From an uncultured Candidatus Saccharibacteria bacterium (GTDB lineage: Bacteria; Patescibacteriota; Minisyncoccia; Phycocordibacterales; UBA918): a stretch of 64,000 nucleotides of DNA. Positions 20,619 to 31,152 of the stretch are shown here, in pieces. The stretch is from assembly GCA_964350985.1 (NCBI GenBank), contig CAYGLK010000002.1, forward strand, positions 382 through 64,381. The letters run 5' to 3'. Both the position numbers and the translations under genes were made by a program. Position 1 is the first letter of the stretch; each line of letters starts with the position of its first letter. The notes under the pieces are model-generated. The model searched no databases, was not told the DNA's origin, and saw only the letters and a program-made list of their open reading frames with translations.

Positions 20619-21227
20619 TTAAGCAGGATCTTCTTCTGACATCTCAGCGTTGTTTTCTAAGAACAGTTCAACTTGTTCTTGCAAGACTTCGTCTTCGTCT
20701 TCAGCTTTAACATCAACTACGTCAACGTCACTTACTACTGCTTGATTTGAGTTTCCTAAGTATGTATCACTTCCAGGAAATTCAAATTCTCCGTCTCCAT
20801 CATCTTCATGTAGTACAGCAACAACCGTTTGTTCACGCACAATAGGTGAGTCTAACTGAATACTAAGGTCACTATAAGTACCAGCTTCCAACAGTTCTGA
20901 ACTTCCTAATACTGAAGTATCACTATTGCTATTCACTCGGTAGATAACTACATAACCTGGAGCTAACAAAGTAGCGCTCTGAACTCGTGCAAAGTTACCA
21001 GTTTCAGCCGGTGACAGAACAACACTATTGGCTGGTGTTGTGTTATTAGTGCCTGTATTTGTATTTGTGTTTGTATTATTTTGGTTTCCTTGATCATTCA
21101 TTTCTTCCATAGTACCAATGTCGTTATTGGAATTCATGTCATTCATAGCTGTATCATCTGCCATGAAGTAAAATACCAATCCGATCACAACAATCGCCGC
21201 AATTATTACTCCTACTATTTTTGTCAT
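20619..21227 (-). CDS. Membrane-anchored hypothetical protein
   Basis: N-terminal TM, Asn/Thr linker, acidic domain (LHEDDGDGEF). Confidence 0.75.
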   Translation of the reverse strand: MTKIVGVIIAAIVVIGLVFYFMADDTAMNDMNSNNDIGTMEEMNDQGNQNNTNTNTNTGTNNTTPANSVVLSPAETGNFARVQSATLLAPGYVVIYRVNSNSDTSVLGSSELLEAGTYSDLSIQLDSPIVREQTVVAVLHEDDGDGEFEFPGSDTYLGNSNQAVVSDVDVVDVKAEDEDEVLQEQVELFLENNAEMSEEDPA

Positions 21228-21248
21228 AAGTTAGTTTAATTAAAGTTT

Positions 21249-21596
21249 TTAAACATCATCCTGCATCTCAAGTCCTCGTTCTGCATCCATTCTATTCACA
21301 GGTCGTCCCATCAACATAAGCTTCACAATACCCCAAGCCACAAACCAATAAACGGCTAGTGCCAGAAGAGTACTCCACTCAAAAACACTGTCCCCCACTC
21401 TATCAGTACCAAACACATATCTGAACGGCGCCAACGGAACAAAAGTAAGTGTGTAGATCAAATTAGTGAATCCAGCAGCTGGATTTGCACCTAGTAATTT
21501 TAGGAAGAACCTAAAGAATAACAATACTTCTAACGCATAAAATAAATACCATACAACTTTTGTACTTTTATATAGTACTTGTTCGTTACTTTTCAT
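21249..21596 (-). CDS. YggT-like membrane protein
   Basis: RFFLKLLGANP..F...IY.LT..PLAPF pattern. Confidence 0.7.
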   Translation of the reverse strand: MKSNEQVLYKSTKVVWYLFYALEVLLFFRFFLKLLGANPAAGFTNLIYTLTFVPLAPFRYVFGTDRVGDSVFEWSTLLALAVYWFVAWGIVKLMLMGRPVNRMDAERGLEMQDDV

Positions 21597-21707
21597 AATT
21601 AACTGATTAGTCTAATAAACTTTGGTCAAACTAATATCTAATTACACTTTAAAAGTCAGGTTATCAATATCTTATTTAACTAAGTATTGACCCTTCAATT
21701 ATAACAC

Positions 21708-21905
21708 TTAAGCGATGACCTCTAACACTGATCTCTTGACTAGATTTTCTCTAGCTTCTAAGTCCTCCAGCACTGTCCTAAAGCCAGGCATGAGCTCAGA
21801 TGCATATCCCTGTCTCTCTTCTTCGATCACAGAATCAATGTCTATCGGTTTAAATGCAATTATTTCTTGTATTATCATAAGCCATTCGTAATTTACTGCC
21901 TCCAC
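21708..21905 (-). CDS. Hypothetical protein
   Basis: 65 aa ORF with GTG start in an otherwise empty gap. Confidence 0.35.
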   Translation of the reverse strand: MEAVNYEWLMIIQEIIAFKPIDIDSVIEEERQGYASELMPGFRTVLEDLEARENLVKRSVLEVIA

Positions 21906-21975
21906 ACATATAAAACGACTGACTAGTTGTATCCTTACAGCCAGTCGATCGTTTGTTTTAAAAGAGTAGAAATTT

Positions 21976-22989
21976 CTAGTTTTTCAGCATTTTTGCCCTA
22001 GTAAGAGCGTCGTAGTTGCCGCTTGTAGATATTTTTTTCATATTCTGATATTCAATCATTGCGGCTTGAGTGACTGGACCATAGTATCCTGTTGCCCCAG
22101 CAAGAGTTAAAGCTTGGACTGCTGGTCCTAAGTTCTTAAAGATCAAGTAAGTTTGAACCAAACCAACCGCAGTACCCTGATCCCCCAAAGTCAGATCCTG
22201 ACTTATAACGGCTGGAATTGTATCAATAACTTTTTCTAATTGATCCATTAATGCTGCTGTACTAACCACACCTTCTGCCTTTAGAACTTTTTGAATTTCA
22301 GTTGGTAGTTTATAGCCTTCATTAAGTGCAATGGTAAAGTCATTTCGATATGTTGAAACCAAAAATTCTGCCATCTCTTCCTCATCGTCTAAATCCTCAA
22401 ACATTCTGACAACAAGACTCATTTTTTCCTTCAAAGACAGCTCTTCAGTGATTCTCGGGTACGGATCCTTTGCTTCTCTATCTCTGATCTCAAAGTGTAG
22501 GTGCGCAGCTCCACCTGAGGCATTTCCAGTATTACCTACTGTTCCAATATAATCTCCTGCCTTCAACTCATCCCCTGCTTTTATATCTGCAAAATCATCT
22601 AAGTGCATGTAGCGGAAATTCTCTCCCCCAGGGTTAGCAGTGTAGACATACTTACCAGCACTATCTCCTGTACCTACTCTGGTGACAACAGCATCAGTAG
22701 GAGTCACTATTGGAGTACCCAAAATAGCTATCATGTCCTGACCTTCATGTTCTCTAGTGCCGCCTCCGCGCGGATCGCCAAAGTCTGAAGTGATTTGATT
22801 TAGAGACAGGCCAAAGAGTACTGGTATATATAAGTCTTCTACCTCATCGTCATCTAATTTATTTATTTTAGTAGTATAAGATGACTCTCCACGACTATAA
22901 GAAGTATGGTTTGCAAATGATTCACCTGGGAAAGCTACTAACGCGATTACTAAAGTAAAAAATACAAAATTTAAAGGTTTGTTTAACAT
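21976..22989 (-). CDS. M23 peptidase with C-terminal peptidoglycan-binding domain
   Basis: HEGQD and HLHFEI motifs; TGYYGPVTQAA PG-binding motif; signal peptide. Confidence 0.9.
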   Translation of the reverse strand: MLNKPLNFVFFTLVIALVAFPGESFANHTSYSRGESSYTTKINKLDDDEVEDLYIPVLFGLSLNQITSDFGDPRGGGTREHEGQDMIAILGTPIVTPTDAVVTRVGTGDSAGKYVYTANPGGENFRYMHLDDFADIKAGDELKAGDYIGTVGNTGNASGGAAHLHFEIRDREAKDPYPRITEELSLKEKMSLVVRMFEDLDDEEEMAEFLVSTYRNDFTIALNEGYKLPTEIQKVLKAEGVVSTAALMDQLEKVIDTIPAVISQDLTLGDQGTAVGLVQTYLIFKNLGPAVQALTLAGATGYYGPVTQAAMIEYQNMKKISTSGNYDALTRAKMLKN

Positions 22990-23066
22990 CCTAAAATTAT
23001 ACCAAGATTTTCCACTATAGGTAACAAGAAGGATCTTTAAGTATGCTTTTAATGGTTAGCGTTGAT

Positions 23067-23645
23067 TTAGGTAATATTATTTTTATCCTTGTTTGCTCTA
23101 AGTAAGTGTAAATACAAAACAATTAAACACAAGAACAAAACTCCAGACAGAAATGGGTATGTAACAAAGCCAAATACTTCCATTACTTTCTTTGAACAAT
23201 CTGCGCTACCATCAGCCAAACATGGAAGCAGGCCTGATTGATGTAGTGATTGTGGTAGAGCCTGATAAATGTAGTGATACACCGCCACCAAGAGACCAGC
23301 AGTAGCAATGACAACACCGTATAAAGGGAAATTTTTTGTATCTTTGAGCTTAAAAGCAGTGGCTGATAGAAGTACTTGAGGATATAGTGCAATTCTCTGG
23401 AGCCAACATAGTGAACACGGAATAAATCCAAACACTTCCGAATAAAGCAAAGTTGTTGCCGAAGCTCCAGCGGTTACAGTAATCAAAATTAGCCAAATAT
23501 AAGGAGACACCCATTTTACGTATAAGTTTTGTCCATTAAAAAAATAATCAAAAATAAGGACCACCGTTGCCACGAGCATTAAAAGCCCAGCTACTGAGAA
23601 CAGTAAATTTATAGTCTGAACGTTAAACAAAAGCCAATTAATCAT
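23067..23645 (-). CDS. Disulfide bond formation protein (DsbB/BdbC family)
   Basis: PCSLCWLQR motif, second Cys pair, TM helices. Confidence 0.88.
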   Translation of the reverse strand: MINWLLFNVQTINLLFSVAGLLMLVATVVLIFDYFFNGQNLYVKWVSPYIWLILITVTAGASATTLLYSEVFGFIPCSLCWLQRIALYPQVLLSATAFKLKDTKNFPLYGVVIATAGLLVAVYHYIYQALPQSLHQSGLLPCLADGSADCSKKVMEVFGFVTYPFLSGVLFLCLIVLYLHLLRANKDKNNIT

Positions 23646-23656
23646 ATGCGCTTAGA

Positions 23657-24040
23657 TTATACTAAATACTGTCCAAAAACTAGCAGTCCAATTAAGGACG
23701 CTGTTATTGCTGCTATTAATACTGCTCCAGCTGCTACGTCCTTTGTATCCTTAGCATATGGATGATACTCAGGTGAAGTAAGATTTATATCTATTTCAAT
23801 AGCTGTATTTATAGCTTCAGCTACAAGAACTAGCCCTGCAGCTAATATAAGCATCGTCCATTCTATTATAGTAACTCCAAAATAAAATCCTAAAGTAATA
23901 ACAAGTGCAAAAATCGCCAAATGAATCCAGGCATTATGTGTCGTTTTAACAAAAATCCACAACCCCCTACCCGCGTGTGTAAAGCTCTTCGCTCTTTTTA
24001 TGAGCGAGAACTCTCTGTCAGTATCTAAAATTTCCTGCAT
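23657..24040 (-). CDS. Diacylglycerol/undecaprenol kinase (DgkA family)
   Basis: EAINTAIE and KDVAAGAV motifs. Confidence 0.92.
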   Translation of the reverse strand: MQEILDTDREFSLIKRAKSFTHAGRGLWIFVKTTHNAWIHLAIFALVITLGFYFGVTIIEWTMLILAAGLVLVAEAINTAIEIDINLTSPEYHPYAKDTKDVAAGAVLIAAITASLIGLLVFGQYLV

Positions 24041-24132
24041 AATGATTAAAGTATACCAAATATATACTTTCCAAAATATCGAGTTTTGCTTAGTATATAA
24101 TTAGACTATATTAGTTAATTAATCTAATTAAA

Positions 24133-24573
24133 ATGAACAAAAACGTTCTTATTGGAATTGCAGCCTTCGGAGGACTAGTTCTGATTGCTTTACTTTTACC
24201 AAACACTCCAGCAGAAGAGACTCAAGATATTGTGGCCGAAGAAAATAACGAAACATCCTTACCAAGTAAGGTTACTAACACATTCCCTACTTACCCAAAC
24301 ACTACAACCTCTGAATCTAACGAGACTGTAGGTGATGAAGGAAAGATTTATTACTCAATCAGTCTTCAGACGGAAGACAGTATTGAAGAGATCAATGAAT
24401 GGTATCGCCAAGCCTTAAGTACAAATGGTTGGTCAATAAAAAGTGACAAAAATATCGCCGGCTATCAAATAATCCAAGGCGAAAAAGACAATCTCTATAC
24501 TTCAATGCAGGCAGCTACCGGAGAAGACAATAAATTTATAATAAGCCAACAAGCTCAAATTCGAGCTCAGTAA
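24133..24573 (+). CDS. Membrane-anchored hypothetical protein
   Basis: N-terminal TM, FPTYP, WYRQAL..NGW. Confidence 0.7.
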   Translation: MNKNVLIGIAAFGGLVLIALLLPNTPAEETQDIVAEENNETSLPSKVTNTFPTYPNTTTSESNETVGDEGKIYYSISLQTEDSIEEINEWYRQALSTNGWSIKSDKNIAGYQIIQGEKDNLYTSMQAATGEDNKFIISQQAQIRAQ

Positions 24574-24593
24574 GTTTGATATAAATTAATAAT

Positions 24594-24845
24594 TTATGAT
24601 CCGGCTTCTTTTTCCATTTTTAACAATCTAGTGTAATAGTCAGGAATTTCTTTCAAGTGTGCCCAGGTAATTTTAGCGGTTATTGTTTCATCATTATTTG
24701 TAACATCAGTCTCCGGGTCAGAACTTCCATGTTCTAGCTCAACTGCTAATCCCATACGAAACTCTTCTAAATCATACTGTGAAAAATCTATACCTACTTT
24801 TTCGCCAATGCTCTGTGCTTCTGCGGCTGTAAATTCTTTTTTCAT
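24594..24845 (-). CDS. DUF5661-like small protein
   Basis: GLAVELEH...AKI..AHLKEIPDYYTRL motif. Confidence 0.75.
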   Translation of the reverse strand: MKKEFTAAEAQSIGEKVGIDFSQYDLEEFRMGLAVELEHGSSDPETDVTNNDETITAKITWAHLKEIPDYYTRLLKMEKEAGS

Positions 24846-24871
24846 TGATTAAGTATAACAAATATTGGTTT

Positions 24872-25996
24872 TTATATTATCTTCACAGTTCCTTGATCTG
24901 CGTCTATCTCTACCAAATCTCCATCTTTCAAAATTTGACTGGCAAACTTTGTTCCAACAATACAAGGAATATTTAGTTCTCTTGCAGTTATAGCAGCATG
25001 AGACAACATCCCTCCAACATCGGTTACTACAGCAGAAGCTTTTTTTAAGGCCATCATTAAGTCTGGTGCAGTGGTGACAGCAACTAAAACTTGTCCCTTT
25101 TGCATTTTTTTCATCTTTTGCTGAACTACTTCTACATCAAAATAGTCAGAGTTTATTATTACCACCTGTCCACGAACAATCTCTCCAGTACTGTTTGCTG
25201 TCTGCCCTTTTATTTGTTTTTCTGATTTGGGCGCAACATCTTGAAAATAATCTATAAAAATACTAGCTTGGTTTTCTTCAAAAAAATAAATCTCGCCCTC
25301 GCTGTCCTTGTTAAAAACATACTTTTTTTTCCTACTTTCTATGACTTTTCTGTCTAAGGTTTCTCCTTGAATTAGCCCGATGATTTCGTCTTCCAGACAC
25401 CAAACCAAGTCTGGTACTGGAACATTAACCTTCTGACTAATTGCCACCAGTAACGTAACAAAACCTCCATCATAGACAAAAAAAAGATCATTGTACTTTT
25501 CTCTTATGTCGTTTTTATAAAAATCAACTAACTTTAAAGCCTCGTTCAGTTCCCCGTATTTATTATAAGCACCGTCTGAATAAAATGAATCAAATCTACT
25601 ATACTCTTCATGAATTTGTTCCATCAACAAAAAAGCCTCTTGAACATCCTCTTTCGTAATGTCATTAAGATTTCTATATTTCTCTGATATATGATTAGCT
25701 CTGTCAATTAATATTTCAAGAGCTTGTGCGGTCTTTTTAATATTGTCAGCATTGGAAAAAAACTTCTCACCAGTTTTATACATTTTTTCTACTGTTGTTT
25801 TTGATATGAACGATCGCACTGTCCCATCAACACATAACAAGACCGAACCAAAAGGACTATATGCCTTACAAACGATTTCTTGAAATAACAAAGTAACCCC
25901 TTTAGCTTCAAATGAAAAAATGTAATTTTCTGCCTTTGGTATTTCATGGTTTATTTCATCAAACCTACCTGGATATTTTCCCTCTAGTTTTTTCAT
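24872..25996 (-). CDS. Protein with C-terminal PEP-utilising enzyme mobile (phospho-His) domain
   Basis: VTDVGGMLSHAAITARELNIPCIVGT motif; no ATP-grasp domain evident. Confidence 0.85.
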   Translation of the reverse strand: MKKLEGKYPGRFDEINHEIPKAENYIFSFEAKGVTLLFQEIVCKAYSPFGSVLLCVDGTVRSFISKTTVEKMYKTGEKFFSNADNIKKTAQALEILIDRANHISEKYRNLNDITKEDVQEAFLLMEQIHEEYSRFDSFYSDGAYNKYGELNEALKLVDFYKNDIREKYNDLFFVYDGGFVTLLVAISQKVNVPVPDLVWCLEDEIIGLIQGETLDRKVIESRKKKYVFNKDSEGEIYFFEENQASIFIDYFQDVAPKSEKQIKGQTANSTGEIVRGQVVIINSDYFDVEVVQQKMKKMQKGQVLVAVTTAPDLMMALKKASAVVTDVGGMLSHAAITARELNIPCIVGTKFASQILKDGDLVEIDADQGTVKII

Positions 25997-26021
25997 GAAT
26001 TAAGTATAACAAATCATAATT

Positions 26022-26062
26022 TCAACTAAAAACACCCGCCAAAGGCGGGTGTTTTTAGTTGA
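26022..26062. terminator. Hairpin terminator after the large surface protein gene
   Basis: TCAACTAAAAACACCCGCC-aaa-GGCGGGTGTTTTTAGTTGA. Confidence 0.75.
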
Positions 26063-26075
26063 CTGAACAATTAAT

Positions 26076-29000
26076 TTATTCAGTTAGAGTTGGAAAAGCT
26101 TCGTGTCCTGGACAAATAATGTCATTGATTTTCCACTTAGTTGTCTTAAAGACGTAACCAGTTGGATTATTATCTGCTGTGATACCAGCATCAAACCAAG
26201 GATCGAGTACTTCGTCACTGTAACGTAGTTGGAAAGCTTTTACATTTTCAAACGTAACAGCGTCAAACACACCTGTCGCTGGATTATCATATCCCATCAC
26301 GATAGATAGAAACAATTGTAACTTCATTACTTCAAACCATGTGTTGTCAGTACCGATTTTTTGATACTCATCTAGGAATGGACACATAGTGGTTGTTGTA
26401 CTAGTACTTGCTCCTAACACCAAACCTTCTGGAGTTGGGGTTGCAAATCTACTAGTTTGAGTACCAGAACTTGATGACCGAGAAGAAGAACTTGGAGTTG
26501 ATGCAATCACTTCTTGTTCATTGTAGAAGTCACAAGTGTTACTGCTTGATCTTCCACTAGATAGACTAATGTTACATTCCTCTAAACCAGGACCATCAGC
26601 TAGGAAGACTCCATTTTGATTAACTGATGATTGATCCCAACCTAACTGCATCTCCTCAGAAACTGTCCAAGATCCTTCTGGAAGCATAAATGAGTAAGAT
26701 CCATCAACAGCTGTCACAGTTGTAGTTGAAGTAGTTCCGTTAGTTGCAGTAATAGTCCAGTCAGAAACTGTTGAAGTAGCAGAACCAGTCACTTCATACT
26801 TAAATCCACTAATTTCGTACATCGCAACAGGTGCAGGATCAGTGTCTACGATAGGTTCAATGATAAACAGACGTGATTCTCGCAGATTTGGCTCACCAGT
26901 TTGTTCACTTGGATTAACGATGAAACAGTAGTTGCCTGCATCCCATGTTGTTGTATCAAGTTGTGCTGAGAAATTAATACCTGAGAAGGTTGAAGTATTA
27001 TTGAATCCATCAACGTTACCAGCGATTGTACCTACACCAGCAGAACATGTTCCTGCACGGATAGCCCATTGAATATTGTCTACAGTAGTATCGTTGTCAG
27101 TATATTCAGCCTCAAAACTAAACAGAGTTCGAGGAACTACATCGTTATCTGCCGCTGGGTTTGTGATCACTAGAGTATCTGGAATCGGCTCTGTTTCAGT
27201 AGTGACAGCACAGTCTGACGCGCCATTTACTACTAGTTTGAAGAGTAGTCCAGCAGGGTTTTGTAAGTAATTACTGTTTGGTACTCCACTATTTGTTACT
27301 TCTATTCTTAGAGTGTTTTCACCACTTACTAATTCATCTAGGATTTCTGAAGTGAAGGTTTTTTGTGTGTGGGTTTGGAAGTTGTTTGCATTTCCAGTTC
27401 GATCTGCAACCAATTCATCATTTACAAACACTCGATACCCGTTATCAGCAGCCACATCAAGAGTTGCAGTATTTGGATCTACTGCTGTAAAGGTTTCCTC
27501 AAATGTCTTAATTGTAGTAACAGTAGGATCAATCACCTGGTACGCTTCCCAGATCCAGTCAGCTCCAGGGATTGAAGCTGTCCAGTTCTTGTGTACGTAG
27601 GTTGAAGTTGCGTAAGCATTATTCTCAATAACCACTGTACCAGCGTCACTATAAGCTTCTACTTCACAAGGTGGAACAAATGAAAGATCATTGTTTACCA
27701 CAGTAAATGTTTCAGTATCTTCGTCAACTTCTACCTCTGTTAGTCCTGAAGTATTCTCAAAGCCACCTTGCAATAACTCTTCTACTTCATATGAACCATA
27801 AGGCACATCTGTAAAAGTGATACAGCCGTTTGCTTCAGTCACACCAGTAAAACCTTTACTTAATGTTAGATCAATCGATCCACTATTGTCAGAGTAACCA
27901 TCGTCATACATTGTGAATTGAATATCTCCTGTAGTCGCCTTAGAAACACTTCCATAATAGACATGAGAAGGACTAAAGACATCTCCCCATAGAGCCCCAA
28001 GATCACCGTCAACCTGTACAGCTAGTCCACCGTGTACTGGTGAAGCAACTACCCATGGCAGGTAAGGTCCAACATAGTTTGCTTCACCTGGTTTTCGTTC
28101 AGAAAAACGAGCGTCCGCAAATCGATTACCATTTCCATAGTTGTATGACCCTTCTGCTTTTAGCACATAGTCACCAGCTGGGACCGCACTCATTGTTTGA
28201 GTATCTGCTGTTGGAGCAAAAGCTAATTTTAATACCTGCTCTCCAACCAAAGCCAGTTGCCATCCTGCTAGTGGATTATCTTGCTCATCATACTTACACA
28301 TAGTGACAGTTGAGTAATCAACTACCTCTGGTTCTTTCATGTTACCAAAGTAACTCTTCTTTGAACGGTCTGACTCGTCAGTATAAGTAGCAGTAGCACA
28401 GTATGGACCTTCAATAGAAGCGTTCGGTGAAAGATTATCGGTCACAATATGGTATGGCGTTCCAGACCAGTCTTGTCGTACTTGATCCCATCCAATCTGA
28501 TTCTCTTCACAGACATGGTAGATACCAGCATCGTATTGTGTTGGGAATTTATATACCCCATCAGCACCTGTTGTACTTGAGGCAATAAATGTCCAATCTC
28601 CAGCTACTTCTTTATAGAAGTTAAATTTCCAACCAGCGAGAACATCTTCTCCAATATCTCGGTCTCGGTCTCCGTTCTTGTTTTCAAATTTTAATCCACT
28701 AAAGTTGAATTGATTTTCATTGTTTAAGTCGTTAGAAACATTTCCAATCTCAGGCTTAGTCGAACGATCTGCTACATCTGTATATACAGTTCTAGTACAG
28801 TACGCTCCTTCTTCTCCTACGTTAGGTGAAGTGTTTACAGTTTGTGTATCTTCTGCTGGCGCAACTTGTGTCCAACCTAGTTGATTCACTTCACAAACAA
28901 AATATGTTCCAGCTTCTTTCTGTTGCGGGAATTTCTTTTGACCAGTGACATCTGTTGTTCCGGTAGCAACAAGACTCCAACTTGATGGCATTTCTTTATA

Positions 29001-31013
29001 TAGTCTCATTTCCCATCCAGTCAGACCTTCTTCTCCAGCGTCACGGTTATTGTCAGAGTTTCGGTTATGGAACTTGATCACAGTAATGGTTAATTGATTT
29101 TGATCATTTGGATCTACTCCTGGACTTTCAAAGTCAAAAGTAGTTACTTTAGCTGTAGTATCTAGTACCACCTTGTCAAAGTATCCGTCTAGATCAGCAT
29201 CATTTAGTGACGTATCACCAGTATTGATGGCAAACGCTCTTATCACTGAACCTGCACCTTCGTTATCCATATCAGCTGGACTAGCAGGACATGTATGAGG
29301 TGAACCACCACTAGTAGTTACAGGATAATCTTGTGTTGGATCAAAAGTTACAGTTGCAAATCCTGCTGTAGTTCCGTTTGAAGGTACTACATCGTACTTA
29401 CAGTCGTAATAATTAGTTGGACTTGTTGCTGCAAAGTTAGCGTAGACGTTTAAGTAAAATTCTTCTGAGTCAGTGTCAGCTCCTCCTGCTCCAATCTTAA
29501 AGTCATATGAGAAAGCTTCAAGCTCGGAAATATTTCCTAGCCAAAAATATTCACCGATGAATTTTCTCGGTGCATCAGTATTACTGATCGGTAGTACATA
29601 TAGTGCTCCGTCACCAATGACACTTTCATCTTCATTGAATGCAATTGGAGTAGCATTTGCTAGATCTCGATTGAATAACCACCCCTTACCAGTTCCTAGA
29701 TCATAAGTATTTCCGGTTACTTCAACAGTTTCTGACGGTTTTGGTGGTGGTAAGACAGAAGCTTCTAGTGAAAGATTATCAATTAAGTAACCTTCTCCAG
29801 CATTTGTAGGTACAGCAGTTCCGCTAGCTCTAAATAGTAGTGTTTTGAGTAGTCGTGGGCTCTGTTCTGCTGATGCTTCGTTGTCAAAACGGTAGTAATT
29901 TTCCCAAGTACTACCAGTATGGGCTAGTGCACCATCAATATAGATTTCAGCTACATCATTATCAGGACCATCTACAGTATCAATCACAAATTTAATTGTA
30001 TGAGGAACATCTCTAGACAATGTCCCAAGATCAGTTGATACAAAGTTAGCTGGATTAGTAGTTCCTTGTGTGTCAAAGAATGTCACCGCTATACCAGTTG
30101 CATTATCAGCAAATGACAAGTAACTCATCCGAGAACCATCCCCGCGATCTGGAGAAACAGAAAGAAACATGCCTGTCTGTTCTTGAGTTGGCTTTGTAGA
30201 AGCGATGTCAAACTCAGCTTCATAGTGAGTGTAACGAGTTCCAACAGCAAAAGTTCCAGCAGTAGCGTCTACTTCTCCAACAGAGTCTGCAAAAGGAGCT
30301 GCAAAAGTGTGATCACCGAAAGAACTACTTGTTACAGAGTTTGAAATCCGTAGTGACTGACAACCAAAGTCAGTATAGCCATAGGTGTTCTCTACAATCT
30401 CTTGATCAAAAGGTCCTGTTGATTTCCAAGCATTTTGCCCATCAACATCTCCTAGAGAGAAGGTGTCAAAGGTAGTGTTTCCAACATTGTCTGTCGTATC
30501 ACATACTGGAACACTAGCTACAATCTCATCACCAGAAACGACCACATTACTTATATATGCATTATCTGTACCTCCAGCTGAGTTTACGGAGAAATAAATC
30601 TCCAGATTAGGGATATCTGACGTAGCAACATTTAGTGGCAAATTATTGACTGAGCCTATTTCACCAGCCCCTAATCCAGCTTCTCCATTAACGAATCCGA
30701 CTTCTGTTGAAGCTGCTCCGATTCGATAGCCATAACGCAATGAATCGTTAGATTCCAATCCGTCAGCAGAATCTCCTTGACCAGTTAAATCATAATCAAA
30801 TGAAAGAGTGATATTTTCATTATCTGTAGTATCAACTAGACCAACATATTCAGTCACATTGGCCTCAACTAAGATCGGTCCGGCGCTACCTCCTAGCTGT
30901 GTTGCTGCATTAGCAACAAAAAAAGACGCTGGAAAAGCGCTAATAAGTAAGGATGTCATTAACAGTAGTGCGGCAGCACGAGCTGAAAATTGTTTGTGTA
31001 AAGTAGAAATCAT
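26076..31013 (-). CDS. Large secreted/surface protein with SdrD-B/Cna-like repeats and C-terminal PG-binding-like domain
   Basis: Signal peptide; repeated K.F..+GW...T...G..F...G.Y.V.E units; S/T linker; TGVFDAVTFENVKAFQ; start approximate (MISTLH). Confidence 0.75.
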   Translation of the reverse strand: MISTLHKQFSARAAALLLMTSLLISAFPASFFVANAATQLGGSAGPILVEANVTEYVGLVDTTDNENITLSFDYDLTGQGDSADGLESNDSLRYGYRIGAASTEVGFVNGEAGLGAGEIGSVNNLPLNVATSDIPNLEIYFSVNSAGGTDNAYISNVVVSGDEIVASVPVCDTTDNVGNTTFDTFSLGDVDGQNAWKSTGPFDQEIVENTYGYTDFGCQSLRISNSVTSSSFGDHTFAAPFADSVGEVDATAGTFAVGTRYTHYEAEFDIASTKPTQEQTGMFLSVSPDRGDGSRMSYLSFADNATGIAVTFFDTQGTTNPANFVSTDLGTLSRDVPHTIKFVIDTVDGPDNDVAEIYIDGALAHTGSTWENYYRFDNEASAEQSPRLLKTLLFRASGTAVPTNAGEGYLIDNLSLEASVLPPPKPSETVEVTGNTYDLGTGKGWLFNRDLANATPIAFNEDESVIGDGALYVLPISNTDAPRKFIGEYFWLGNISELEAFSYDFKIGAGGADTDSEEFYLNVYANFAATSPTNYYDCKYDVVPSNGTTAGFATVTFDPTQDYPVTTSGGSPHTCPASPADMDNEGAGSVIRAFAINTGDTSLNDADLDGYFDKVVLDTTAKVTTFDFESPGVDPNDQNQLTITVIKFHNRNSDNNRDAGEEGLTGWEMRLYKEMPSSWSLVATGTTDVTGQKKFPQQKEAGTYFVCEVNQLGWTQVAPAEDTQTVNTSPNVGEEGAYCTRTVYTDVADRSTKPEIGNVSNDLNNENQFNFSGLKFENKNGDRDRDIGEDVLAGWKFNFYKEVAGDWTFIASSTTGADGVYKFPTQYDAGIYHVCEENQIGWDQVRQDWSGTPYHIVTDNLSPNASIEGPYCATATYTDESDRSKKSYFGNMKEPEVVDYSTVTMCKYDEQDNPLAGWQLALVGEQVLKLAFAPTADTQTMSAVPAGDYVLKAEGSYNYGNGNRFADARFSERKPGEANYVGPYLPWVVASPVHGGLAVQVDGDLGALWGDVFSPSHVYYGSVSKATTGDIQFTMYDDGYSDNSGSIDLTLSKGFTGVTEANGCITFTDVPYGSYEVEELLQGGFENTSGLTEVEVDEDTETFTVVNNDLSFVPPCEVEAYSDAGTVVIENNAYATSTYVHKNWTASIPGADWIWEAYQVIDPTVTTIKTFEETFTAVDPNTATLDVAADNGYRVFVNDELVADRTGNANNFQTHTQKTFTSEILDELVSGENTLRIEVTNSGVPNSNYLQNPAGLLFKLVVNGASDCAVTTETEPIPDTLVITNPAADNDVVPRTLFSFEAEYTDNDTTVDNIQWAIRAGTCSAGVGTIAGNVDGFNNTSTFSGINFSAQLDTTTWDAGNYCFIVNPSEQTGEPNLRESRLFIIEPIVDTDPAPVAMYEISGFKYEVTGSATSTVSDWTITATNGTTSTTTVTAVDGSYSFMLPEGSWTVSEEMQLGWDQSSVNQNGVFLADGPGLEECNISLSSGRSSSNTCDFYNEQEVIASTPSSSSRSSSSGTQTSRFATPTPEGLVLGASTSTTTTMCPFLDEYQKIGTDNTWFEVMKLQLFLSIVMGYDNPATGVFDAVTFENVKAFQLRYSDEVLDPWFDAGITADNNPTGYVFKTTKWKINDIICPGHEAFPTLTE

Positions 31014-31152
31014 AATTAAAGTGAATAAGTTTATAAAACTCACCACGAGCCCACAGCCCATAGATACAAATACGGTACTCTCATTTCACAAAATTGCAAG
31101 ACATTTTTATTGCCTATTGTATTCTTACTTATATAAGATAGTTTAAGAACTT

